From: an uncultured Candidatus Saccharibacteria bacterium
GTDB lineage: Bacteria > Patescibacteriota > Minisyncoccia > Phycocordibacterales > GWA1-40-21
Assembly (NCBI GenBank): GCA_964479775.1
Contig: CAYZNH010000002.1
Location: 1-41,521, forward strand
Direction: 5' to 3'
DNA length: 41,521 nucleotides
The first letter of the stretch is position 1, and every line of letters starts with the position of its first letter. Below, piece by piece: positions 1 through 6,942 of this stretch. The position numbers were made by a program, and so were the translations under genes. The notes below the pieces were generated by a model. The model ran no database searches, was not told the DNA's origin, and saw only the letters and a program-made list of their open reading frames with translations.

Positions 1-14
1 GATTTTTTATTTTG

Positions 15-85
15 TGCGGGCAGGGTGAATCGAACACCCAACCACAGTTTGGAAAACTGTTGTTTTACCACTAAACTATGCCCGC
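15..85 (-). tRNA. tRNA-Gly (anticodon UCC), CCA not encoded
   Basis: Reverse complement folds as a cloverleaf: acceptor GCGGGCA/TGCCCGC, D arm GTTT-AGTGGTA-AAAC, anticodon arm ACAGT-TTTCCAA-ACTGT, T arm GGGTG-TTCGATT-CACCC, discriminator A. Confidence 0.9.
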
Positions 86-107
86 ATTTCTAAATTTATA
101 ATACTGG

Positions 108-140
108 ATTCCCGTCTGCACGGGAATAACAATACAAAAA
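108..140 (-). repeat. Repeat family 3, partial copy (ATTCCC-N8-GGGAAT hairpin next to TTGTATTG)
   Basis: attcccgtctgcacgggaat followed by aacaatacaaaaa. The reverse complement, tttttgtattgttattcccgtgcagacgggaat, parallels ttttgtattgtcattcccgcgtaggcgggaat at 22786-22818. It lies just upstream (same sense) of tRNA-Gly(UCC). Confidence 0.6.
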
Positions 141-194
141 TATCTATTTATCAATGAACAAAACAATACTACCAGAAAACTTATCTTCAAGCAA

Positions 195-509
195 TTATTT
201 TATACTCTTTTTTACTACTCCAACAACTGCATCAAAATCATCACCTTTTTCAACTTCTTTTCTTTTTTCAAAATTACACTTAACACATTTATGAGTAATC
301 ATATATCTACCTTTTTCAAATTCTACTTTAACAGGCATCATCATACCACCACAGTCAGCGAGTCTATCTCCAGGGTTAATATCTAAATGTTTACTCCAAA
401 GACATTTTGAACAATGATTAGTAAAACCAGTCCCCCTCATAAGGTTTCCACATTTTTCACAAATAAAGTCTTCTATTCTTTTTTGAAACTTTTTCGGTTG
501 ATTGGTCAT
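195..509 (-). CDS. RNHCP-domain zinc-ribbon protein
   Basis: 104 aa ORF with paired Cys motifs: CEKCG, (T)NHCSKCLWSKHLDINPGDR, CGGMM and CVKCN. The pattern matches what I recall of the RNHCP domain family (R-N-H-C-P core, here T-N-H-C-S). Confidence 0.6.
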   Translation of the reverse strand: MTNQPKKFQKRIEDFICEKCGNLMRGTGFTNHCSKCLWSKHLDINPGDRLADCGGMMMPVKVEFEKGRYMITHKCVKCNFEKRKEVEKGDDFDAVVGVVKKSIK

Positions 510-584
510 GAAATGAGATTATAAATATATAATACATTAATAAAGGAAATTATCTACTAAGAGATTTTAATTAAACGATTACGA

Positions 585-773
585 TTTTTCAAACTTCGGG
601 GCCCATCCCGAAATTTGAAACGGCGACGGACGAAATACAGTGACGGGACTGTGAGTACACTTTTCGATCCTTACAGGATCAGTACCCCGATTGGATATTT
701 TGTTTCGATTCTCTCACAAAATATGCTCAATCGGGCTTCGAATCCCGGACGAGAGCAAATACTTTTGCTCTCT
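585..773 (-). repeat. Repeat family 1, copy A (candidate structured ncRNA downstream of tRNA-Pro)
   Basis: Read on the minus strand it aligns with 4095-4290 and partly with 22640-22790. Shared blocks are AGCAAAAGTATTT, CGAAGCCC-ATTGAG, ATCCAAT and a CTGTAAG-loop hairpin. Stems: cccgattg (735-728) / caatcggg (693-686), atattttgt/acaaaatat, gatcc-tgtaa-ggatc (680-666). Confidence 0.7.
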
Positions 774-831
774 CACTCCGACACAAATTAAAAAATAGCC
801 CTAAAGCTATTTTTTAATTTGTGTCGGAGTG
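774..831. repeat. Perfect 26-bp inverted repeat (6-nt loop) whose right arm contains the tRNA-Pro 3' acceptor strand
   Basis: cactccgacacaaattaaaaaatagc (774-799), loop cctaaa, gctattttttaatttgtgtcggagtg (806-831). Positions 824-831 are the acceptor 3' strand plus discriminator of tRNA-Pro. Probably also serves as its terminator. Confidence 0.85.
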
Positions 832-894
832 CCGGGATTCGAACCCGGATCGCATGCTCCCAAAGCACGAATGCTACCGTTACACTACACTCCG
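824..894 (-). tRNA. tRNA-Pro (anticodon UGG), CCA not encoded
   Basis: Reverse complement: acceptor CGGAGTG/CACTCCG, anticodon arm CGTGC-TTTGGGA-GCATG (UGG with G37), T arm CCGGG-TTCGAAT-CCCGG. Confidence 0.9.
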
Positions 895-947
895 ATGAAT
901 TCCTAGCTTATCATAAAATATTTAAGTAAGCTAGGAATATTAAATTA

Positions 948-2111
948 TTATTCTACATTACCATCCATACGATTAATCACATTAATAGCACACTGATAAT
1001 CAGTTTGATTATCAATCGGAATATCATTATTTGGTAAAGGTATTCCAAATGAATTAACACAATCACTAGAAAAAACATTAGAAAAAACACAAAACATTTG
1101 ATTAATATTTATATAATAATAAGCACCACCTAACCCTTCACAAATGGATGGTTCCCAAACTGAACTAGGAGGAATAAAACCTTTTGACAATGTTCCAGCA
1201 CAATAACAAGGTGAAGGTAATTCTTCAAAAGGAACATTTGGACAAGATAACAAAATATCTCCCTCTGAACAATCAGAATAAATAATTTGGGTACAAATAT
1301 TATCATTCCATTCTCTACCATTAGATAAACAAGTGACATAATCAAAACAAATCAAATCTAATTCATCCCAATATAAACCATATTCTACCTTGCATTCATT
1401 TTGTGGTAAAGAATCTGGATTAATATTATTTAAAGTACCATTACAATAACAATTAAAAGTCATTATTTGGTCTGGACAAATTTTGTCTATATCGACAATC
1501 AAACAACTTGATATATCATCTACATCATCAATAATATCTCGTGAGACTCTACCACTCCTATGTCCACTCGTAACACCAATTATTTGATCATTCGAAGTGT
1601 TTGAAGAATCACAAGAAGGGAAAGTTATATCTACACCACCAGAAAATTGTTGATTAAATTCAGCTATTAAATTACATATATTAGATGCATCGATATCTCC
1701 AACAATAACACCAACTTTTTGAGGATTATTATCTGTTGTATATATAGTTTCATAAGTTGCACTAACTACAGCGACTGGTTTACCACCAACCGTTCCTTTT
1801 CTAAAACTATATGAGCTACCTGTTTTAGGATCTTTAGGTTCTGCAGATAAATAACCTGCACCGACAAGAGTCTTACTGGAATCAATACCTGTTGATATAC
1901 CGATACTTTCAGGTAATTCTCCCTTGTCCTCATAATACATAGTCGTTGCTGTATTTATTTGCTTCATATCTGAAAGCCTGATTGAATCACGAGATTTTGC
2001 ACGAGCTGAACCAATATAACTAAAGAAGATACTTGAAACCAAAGTAATAATAGATATTACCATCAAGAGTTCTATTAAAGTGAAACCTATTTTGTATTTT
2101 TTATTATACAT
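948..2111 (-). CDS. Type IV pilin-like protein with a large Cys-rich C-terminal domain
   Basis: Prepilin-type N-terminal cleavage/methylation motif MYNKKYKIG|FTLIELLMVISIITLV, followed by pilin-like SDMKQI. 387 aa. I count 18 Cys, all in the C-terminal part, with a duplicated CYC(N/A)GTL block. Confidence 0.85.
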   Translation of the reverse strand: MYNKKYKIGFTLIELLMVISIITLVSSIFFSYIGSARAKSRDSIRLSDMKQINTATTMYYEDKGELPESIGISTGIDSSKTLVGAGYLSAEPKDPKTGSSYSFRKGTVGGKPVAVVSATYETIYTTDNNPQKVGVIVGDIDASNICNLIAEFNQQFSGGVDITFPSCDSSNTSNDQIIGVTSGHRSGRVSRDIIDDVDDISSCLIVDIDKICPDQIMTFNCYCNGTLNNINPDSLPQNECKVEYGLYWDELDLICFDYVTCLSNGREWNDNICTQIIYSDCSEGDILLSCPNVPFEELPSPCYCAGTLSKGFIPPSSVWEPSICEGLGGAYYYININQMFCVFSNVFSSDCVNSFGIPLPNNDIPIDNQTDYQCAINVINRMDGNVE

Positions 2112-2177
2112 AACAAAAAATTTAAATTATTATTTATATAGATTATAACACATTCTATAAAAACTTATATAAATTAA

Positions 2178-3689
2178 TTATACCCTGTGACTTCTTCTTA
2201 TCATTTCAATCTCATCATCATTTTCCTCCTCTTTTTTCTTTTTTCCTTCCTCCCCAATTTTTCTTAATTCAGATTCTGGAAGTTTAATAAGTTCAATTGC
2301 TTTATTATTCAAATATTCTTCAGTATTTAATTTTGGATCGTCTAAAACCTCTTCAAGTAACGCATGTAAAACAAAGCCTACTTTTGGACCAGGTTTTTCA
2401 CCTGAAACCTCCATTATCTTTTTACCATCTATATTAAGCATCCCGACAGATATAGGATCTCTCGTGGCCTCATCTATCATTGCATGATATTTTCTAAGTC
2501 TATATGGATCCTCCTTTGGTCTCCCCATACCTATTCTATCGCAAACACGAACATTCATAAGATCCCAGATATTATCCTTCCCCACCCTTGCAACAATCCT
2601 TCTAACAGCAGAAAGACTTATCTGTTCTGTATCAGCAAAAAACATATGTAATCTAACAAGTTTAGTGACTTTTTCAATAACTTTCTTAGGATATCTCAAA
2701 TCTTGAAGTATCTTCTCTGTCATTCTAGCACCAACAACTTCATGCCCATAAAAACTCCATTCTTTTTTACCATTTTCACCCTCCCTCCTTGATTTTGGCT
2801 TTCCAATATCATGCAAAAGTGCCGTAAGTCTAACCTCTAAACTCCAATCTTTATCTGCGGCACACTGTAAAGCTCTCAGAGAGTGATCCCAAACATCATA
2901 TTTATGAGCACCCCCTTGTTCAATATTTATTGTTTTTTCAAGCTCTGGAATAATATATTTCAATAAACCAAATTTTTGACACGATTTTAAACCCTGCATT
3001 GGCTCACTAGACATAATTATTTTTGTAAATTCATCACGAATTCTTTCTTTTGCTATCTTAGAAAGAAGATGAGATTCTTCAAACAAAGCTTTTTCAGTTT
3101 CACTATCAATTTCAAAACCAACATAATTCCCTATTCTTACAGCACGCAAAATTCTAAGTCCATCTTCATTAAATCTCTCTCTTGGATTTCCAACTGTCCT
3201 TATAATCTTATTTTTTAAATCTTCTTGTCCTTTATAAAGATCAAATATTTGTCCTTTATAAAAATCATCCTTTTCCACTTTTTCTTTTATATCTAAAGCT
3301 ATAGCATTTATAGTAAAATCCCTTCTTTTAAGGTCATCTTCTAACTTATCACTAAATGAAACACTATCTGGTCTTCTATTATCAGAATATTCTGATTCAA
3401 GTCTATACGGTGTTATTTCAACAACCTTAAGAGTTTCATCTGAAACATCTTCATTAACAACACCAACTGTTCCATAAGTATTTTCATAAAAAGTATCTGG
3501 AAAAGTAGCAATAATATCTTCTGGCTTAGCATTCGTAGTAATATCCCAATCTTTTGGTTTAATACCGAGAATAATATCTCTCACACAACCACCAATAAGA
3601 TATGACTCAAAACCAGCTTCTTTAAGCCTCTGTGATGTTTCATATATCACTTTTGGTATTGGACCGTATTCTAATTCCTTTTGTTTCAT
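2178..3689 (-). CDS. cca: CCA-adding enzyme (tRNA nucleotidyltransferase) with HD domain
   Basis: GGCVRDIILGIKPKDWDITT, RDFTINAIA and the HD motif LLHDIGKP. Consistent with the tRNA genes here lacking an encoded CCA. Confidence 0.93.
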   Translation of the reverse strand: MKQKELEYGPIPKVIYETSQRLKEAGFESYLIGGCVRDIILGIKPKDWDITTNAKPEDIIATFPDTFYENTYGTVGVVNEDVSDETLKVVEITPYRLESEYSDNRRPDSVSFSDKLEDDLKRRDFTINAIALDIKEKVEKDDFYKGQIFDLYKGQEDLKNKIIRTVGNPRERFNEDGLRILRAVRIGNYVGFEIDSETEKALFEESHLLSKIAKERIRDEFTKIIMSSEPMQGLKSCQKFGLLKYIIPELEKTINIEQGGAHKYDVWDHSLRALQCAADKDWSLEVRLTALLHDIGKPKSRREGENGKKEWSFYGHEVVGARMTEKILQDLRYPKKVIEKVTKLVRLHMFFADTEQISLSAVRRIVARVGKDNIWDLMNVRVCDRIGMGRPKEDPYRLRKYHAMIDEATRDPISVGMLNIDGKKIMEVSGEKPGPKVGFVLHALLEEVLDDPKLNTEEYLNNKAIELIKLPESELRKIGEEGKKKKEEENDDEIEMIRRSHRV

Positions 3690-3716
3690 AATAGTTAAAT
3701 GAAATTAATAATGTTG

Positions 3717-3788
3717 TGCGTCTGGTAGGAATCGAACCTACAATAACGGTTTCGAAGACCGTTGTGATATCCATTTCACCACAGACGC
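3717..3788 (-). tRNA. tRNA-Arg (anticodon UCG), CCA not encoded
   Basis: Reverse complement: acceptor GCGTCTG/CAGACGC, D arm GTGA-AATGGATA-TCAC, anticodon arm ACGGT-CTTCGAA-ACCGT, T arm GTAGG-TTCGATT-CCTAC. Confidence 0.9.
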
Positions 3789-3800
3789 AACTTTTTATGT

Positions 3801-3871
3801 TAAGACCGTTTGTGATATTTACCCGTTCAAATTTTAATAAATTTGTTCGGGTCCATTTCACCACAAGCGTA
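3801..3871 (-). pseudogene. Degenerate copy of the 5' half of tRNA-Arg, interrupted by a 32-nt palindrome
   Basis: taagaccgtttgtgatattt (3801-3820) and ccatttcaccacaagcgta (3853-3871) parallel gaagaccgttgtgatat/ccatttcaccacagacgca of the intact gene. They are split by acccgttcaaattttaataaatttgttcgggt (3821-3852). Confidence 0.6.
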
Positions 3872-3965
3872 TAACGAGTATATAATACGCTAAAATATAC
3901 AAAAATGAAACCGAAAACTTTGATATTTTTATTTTTTGTGTATAATATATTGAACAAATATTTTT

Positions 3966-4036
3966 GCGGGCGTGGTTTAATGGTAGAACTAGTCCTTGCC
4001 AAGGATTGGGTCCGGGTTCGATTCCCGGCGTCCGCA
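3966..4036 (+). tRNA. tRNA-Gly (anticodon GCC), CCA not encoded
   Basis: Acceptor GCGGGCG/CGTCCGC, D arm GTTT-AATGGTA-GAAC, anticodon arm AGTCC-TTGCCAA-GGATT, T arm CCGGG-TTCGATT-CCCGG. Confidence 0.9.
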
Positions 4037-4089
4037 CATAATAAATATAACCTATAAATACTATGGGTTATTTTTATTATGTGCGGACG
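4029..4089. repeat. 17-bp perfect inverted repeat (with nested inner stem) whose left arm is the tRNA-Gly(GCC) 3' acceptor strand
   Basis: cgtccgcacataataaa (4029-4045) pairs with tttattatgtgcggacg (4073-4089). Inner stem is ataacc/ggttat. It has the same architecture as 774-831. Confidence 0.85.
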
Positions 4090-4094
4090 CAATA

Positions 4095-4290
4095 AGCAAA
4101 AGTATTTATTTATGTCGGAAATCGAAGCCCAATTGAGTCTATTTTACAAATATAATGAAGTAAAATATCCAATCGTGGTACTTATTCTGTAAGAATCGAT
4201 AAATGTGCTCATGGTCCCCAAGATTTCGTCTCATTAACATTTTTGGTCTGGATTTGGTCCCTAGGAGAAAAAATTTTGTACTCATAGTCC
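4095..4290 (+). repeat. Repeat family 1, copy B (candidate structured ncRNA downstream of tRNA-Gly)
   Basis: agcaaaagtattt...cgaagcccaattgag...tattttac/gtaaaata...atccaatcgtgg...attc-tgtaa-gaat (4184-4196)...gtgctcatggtcc. Collinear with copy A on the opposite strand. Confidence 0.7.
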
Positions 4291-4478
4291 TCTGGCTGAG
4301 TTCGTAGTTTTTATAAAAAGTTTCAAGTTTGTATAAAAGCCTAAAGGATAAAATGCTCATCTTCTTTTTATTATCAGACACATCCCGATTAATCAGACAT
4401 ATAACAACATCATAATTATACAAAAGGAATATTTTTTCTAAATCTATCCTTTCTAATTAATAGTTTTTAAAATAAAAC

Positions 4479-4487
4479 TGTGGATAA
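4479..4487 (-). promoter_or_regulatory. Perfect consensus DnaA box (TTATCCACA on the minus strand), followed by two near-boxes
   Basis: tgtggataa at 4479-4487. tgtgaatat and tgtgaatta follow within 25 nt. Confidence 0.55.
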
Positions 4488-4528
4488 CTATGTGAATATG
4501 TGAATTAAAGACAGTCCAATTGAATTAA

Positions 4529-4561
4529 TTAGACAGTCTTTTTTAGTATAAGACTGTCTAA
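4529..4561. repeat. 12-bp perfect inverted repeat, plus an upstream half-site
   Basis: ttagacagtctt (4529-4540) / aagactgtctaa (4550-4561). A third copy of the half-site, aagacagtcc, is at 4508-4517. Confidence 0.6.
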
Positions 4562-4648
4562 TATATGGCTACAAATAAGGTTTAAGTTATAAAAATGAGT
4601 CTTCTTTATTAAAAAACGATAAAATGTTACTTAGAAACACTTTAATAT

Positions 4649-5410
4649 GTTTCATCTGAAAACTTTTTCATATTTTTTTGTTAAAATTAATCAATAATTT
4701 AATAAAAAAATATGAGCAACAGGACTCAAAAACAAATACTAGGCAATCTTGGCGAAGATATAGCTTGCAAATACTTGGAAAACAAAGGTTTTATAGTAAC
4801 AAAGAGGAATTATCTTAAAAAATGTGGTGAAATAGACATAATAGCCAAAAATAATGGTTTAATTCATTTTATAGAAGTTAAAAGTGTTTCCCGTGAAATA
4901 AACAGAGATGTGGTTTCATCTGAAACAGGATATAGACCAGAAGATAATCTACATCCATGGAAACTAGAAAGACTACGTAAAACAATACAAATATACTTGG
5001 CCGAAAAGCATGTTTCACCAGAAACAGATTGGTTTTTTAATGTTATTACTGTATATATTGATGAAAAAAAACGAATTTCAAGGGTTTTTATGCTAGAAAA
5101 CGTTATTCTATAAGGTTTTCTAGCATAAACCCTGTATGTTTCATCCGAAACATTCCACTCCGTCATTACAAATTGAAATTTGGGATAGGGACCCAAATGA
5201 AAGACCTTGAACGTTTTTATATGTTTCATACGAAACCTATTTTAGCTACCCCAACACCAAAAGACATACGGATTCATGCTTTGGAGAAAGAGAGTTGGGC
5301 TATTCACCCACGCATTCATCCTGGATTGGTGAGGGGTTATGAAAAAAGCAATAAATTAAAGTAAAGCTTAGGTTTTAAAGGGTATTTCTGTCTTTTGTTT
5401 CGTATGAAAC
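4649..5410. repeat. Five copies of the palindromic motif (AT)GTTTCAT(C/A)(C/T)GAAAC
   Basis: Copies at 4649-4663, 4913-4926 (inside yraN), 5138-5151, 5223-5236 and 5397-5410 (inverted). Confidence 0.7.
4712..5113 (+). CDS. yraN: YraN-family (UPF0102) endonuclease-like protein
   Basis: LGNLGEDIACKYLENKGFIVTKRNYLKKCGEIDIIAKNNGLIHFIEVKS is the typical YraN N-terminal core. The middle (SREINRDVVSSETGYRPEDNLHPWKLERL) looks extended compared with the family as I recall it. Confidence 0.85.
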   Translation: MSNRTQKQILGNLGEDIACKYLENKGFIVTKRNYLKKCGEIDIIAKNNGLIHFIEVKSVSREINRDVVSSETGYRPEDNLHPWKLERLRKTIQIYLAEKHVSPETDWFFNVITVYIDEKKRISRVFMLENVIL

Positions 5411-5670
5411 AACTTTTTTTCATTTACCCCAATATCATTTTATAAAGATAGACTTTCGTCTTAAGATATCTTTTTTGTGGTCAATAAACATATGTATTTA
5501 AAAAATTGTTAGTAAAAATGATACGGGGTTATGAAAAATACTTGCCCCGTAAGACTTTTTTAATAACAAAAATACAAGATATATGAGGTTCTTCCAACTA
5601 ATCTAAAATTTAAGTAAAACAAAATATCTAAAAGTCATACTGGGGTAGTCGTTTCACTCCTTATTTTCCA

Positions 5671-5714
5671 ATAAAAAACCGCCCTAAACCTTTGAGCACT
5701 GGTTTTGGACGGCG
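5671..5714 (-). terminator. Rho-independent terminator on the minus strand with no annotated gene directly upstream
   Basis: Minus strand reads cgccgtccaaaacc-agtgctcaaa-ggtttagggcgg followed by ttttttat. Confidence 0.55.
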
Positions 5715-5786
5715 AAAGTGATCTCCTCGTGAGAATTCAATCCCCTTAAGCATCTTACCGTTTTATTTAAAATAAATATAAAATGT

Positions 5787-5795
5787 TGTGGATAA
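5787..5795 (-). promoter_or_regulatory. Perfect consensus DnaA box
   Basis: tgtggataa at 5787-5795, in non-coding DNA. Confidence 0.5.
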
Positions 5796-5994
5796 ATGTA
5801 AGGGAAGGAAAGCGATGAAATATCACCAAGCGAACCTTTCTATTTTGAAGCCTGGCCTAGCTTCTTGGAAAGAACAATGATCGTAAGGAAAGAGGAGACA
5901 AAAATTTGAGTTGCATGTCTTATTTTTATTTTCTCCCTACAACCTTATCTGTCATAATTATATTCCTGCATAAAAGACATGTAAAGGACATATC

Positions 5995-6003
5995 TGTGGA
6001 TAA
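5995..6003 (-). promoter_or_regulatory. Perfect consensus DnaA box
   Basis: ctgtggataact at 5994-6005. The extended context is identical to the box at 4479. Confidence 0.5.
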
Positions 6004-6180
6004 CTCCCAAAATTTAAGTAATATTAACATATGACTATAAATTTTGAAGACCCGAACACCAATTTCACTTACGTAAATATAACACACAACTATTATTCTA
6101 AGCCGTATAATACAAAATAGGAGATAACATATTTCTTATAAATTGGTGCGTAGGTAAATGTCCTTTATAAAGAACAAGAA

Positions 6181-6813
6181 CTATTCCTTATCAGTTACAG
6201 GTTTAGAGATTTTCCAAATTTGTTCAAATTGTAATCTCATTAAATCAGTAAAATCTTTACTATGAACCACAAAACCAAAACCTTCTTTTTCTGAAGAAAG
6301 AAAAACTACTTTATCTTCATACATCCAATAACCCATATTCCAAGTCATTCCTTCAGGTGCAATTCTCAAATTTCGCAATGTTTCATCATTACTTTTAAGA
6401 TATGGGTACTTTTCTCTATCAAGATTTTTACTTTCTGGCCAAATAGCACGAATAAATATATTTCTCTGCACCCTTTTTTTATTTAATTCTTCTAAATATT
6501 CTGGACCAAGTATTTTCATCATTTCACTCATTGGCCAAAAAAGCTCTGTTTCTATATTTCTATTAAGCATAATATGATTCATAACTTGTTTCATAGCTTC
6601 CTTACCGGAATAAAACTTTATTTGTGGCTCTAAAAAAGACACTTTTTGCAATAGAGAGGGGAGTGAAAGTTCAAACTGTTTCTTTTCGTTCTCCAGTAAT
6701 TTGATTCTGTCACTCAAAAGTTCTTTTATGTTTTCTATATTATCAATGATAAAAACTTTTTTATTTTCTTCATTTCTCTCTGTGACCAAACCCTTTTTAA
6801 TAAGAATTTTCAA
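6181..6813 (-). CDS. TrmB-family transcriptional regulator, N-terminally truncated (possible pseudogene)
   Basis: The open frame runs up to 6837 and there encodes only the end of a winged-helix motif (DESIVYDHLKILIKKGLV), directly preceded by an in-frame TAG (6838-6840). The upstream sequence in that frame is not TrmB-like. The remaining ~200 aa resemble the TrmB C-terminal domain. Confidence 0.6.
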   Translation of the reverse strand: MKILIKKGLVTERNEENKKVFIIDNIENIKELLSDRIKLLENEKKQFELSLPSLLQKVSFLEPQIKFYSGKEAMKQVMNHIMLNRNIETELFWPMSEMMKILGPEYLEELNKKRVQRNIFIRAIWPESKNLDREKYPYLKSNDETLRNLRIAPEGMTWNMGYWMYEDKVVFLSSEKEGFGFVVHSKDFTDLMRLQFEQIWKISKPVTDKE

Positions 6814-6912
6814 GTGATCATATACAATGGATTCATCCTATGCAGCATGTCTTGATAGGTGGTATAACAATAAATGGACAACAACCATAATTAGGTGGCA
6901 TGACTAACATAA

Positions 6913-6942
6913 GTGGGTTGCGTAATCGCAACCCGCTTTTTT
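6913..6942. terminator. GC-rich hairpin terminator downstream of xth
   Basis: gtgggttgcg-taat-cgcaacccgc forms a 10-bp stem. A T-run lies on the plus side and an A-run precedes it in the minus sense. Confidence 0.6.

Noticed and set aside
640-700. Hammerhead-like ribozyme in family 1 (CTGATCC...GAAA around the CTGTAAG hairpin)
   Set aside because: The conserved hammerhead core CUGANGA is not matched (CTGATCC in copy A, CTTATTC in copy B), and the flanking helices do not fit the three-stem junction.
728-752. tRNA or pseudo-tRNA inside family 1 copy A, suggested by ccgggattcgaagcccg resembling a T arm
   Set aside because: The flanks do not form a 5-bp T stem around a 7-nt TTCGAAT-type loop. 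No acceptor or anticodon arm can be drawn, and copy B is further diverged (gtcggaaatcgaagccc).
3640-4092. 150-aa minus-strand ORF from the six-frame track
   Set aside because: It runs straight through tRNA-Arg, the tRNA-Arg remnant and tRNA-Gly(GCC), and overlaps the cca start. Its sequence is low-complexity and it has no recognisable motif.
4139-4423. 94-aa minus-strand ORF
   Set aside because: It lies antisense within repeat family 1 copy B. The homologous copy A (585-773) has no corresponding open frame, so the conservation is at the nucleotide or structure level rather than protein level.
5173-5364. 63-aa plus-strand ORF in the gene-poor region
   Set aside because: It is barely above the size cut-off and contains one of the GTTTCAT..GAAAC palindromes. 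It has no recognisable motif or plausible start context. It is kept only as a remote possibility.
5800-5900. SRP RNA or RNase P RNA in the gene-poor region, suggested by gggaaggaaagcga and gtaaggaaagaggag
   Set aside because: The strings only loosely resemble GGAAGGAAGCAGC (SRP helix 8) or GAGGAAAGUCC (RNase P CR-I). The complementary partner strands and other conserved regions are not visible. A covariance-model search is needed.
5982-6166. 10-bp inverted repeat taaaggacat / atgtccttta flanking the third DnaA box
   Set aside because: It is a single 10-mer match in very AT-rich DNA with no second supporting feature, so it is plausibly chance.
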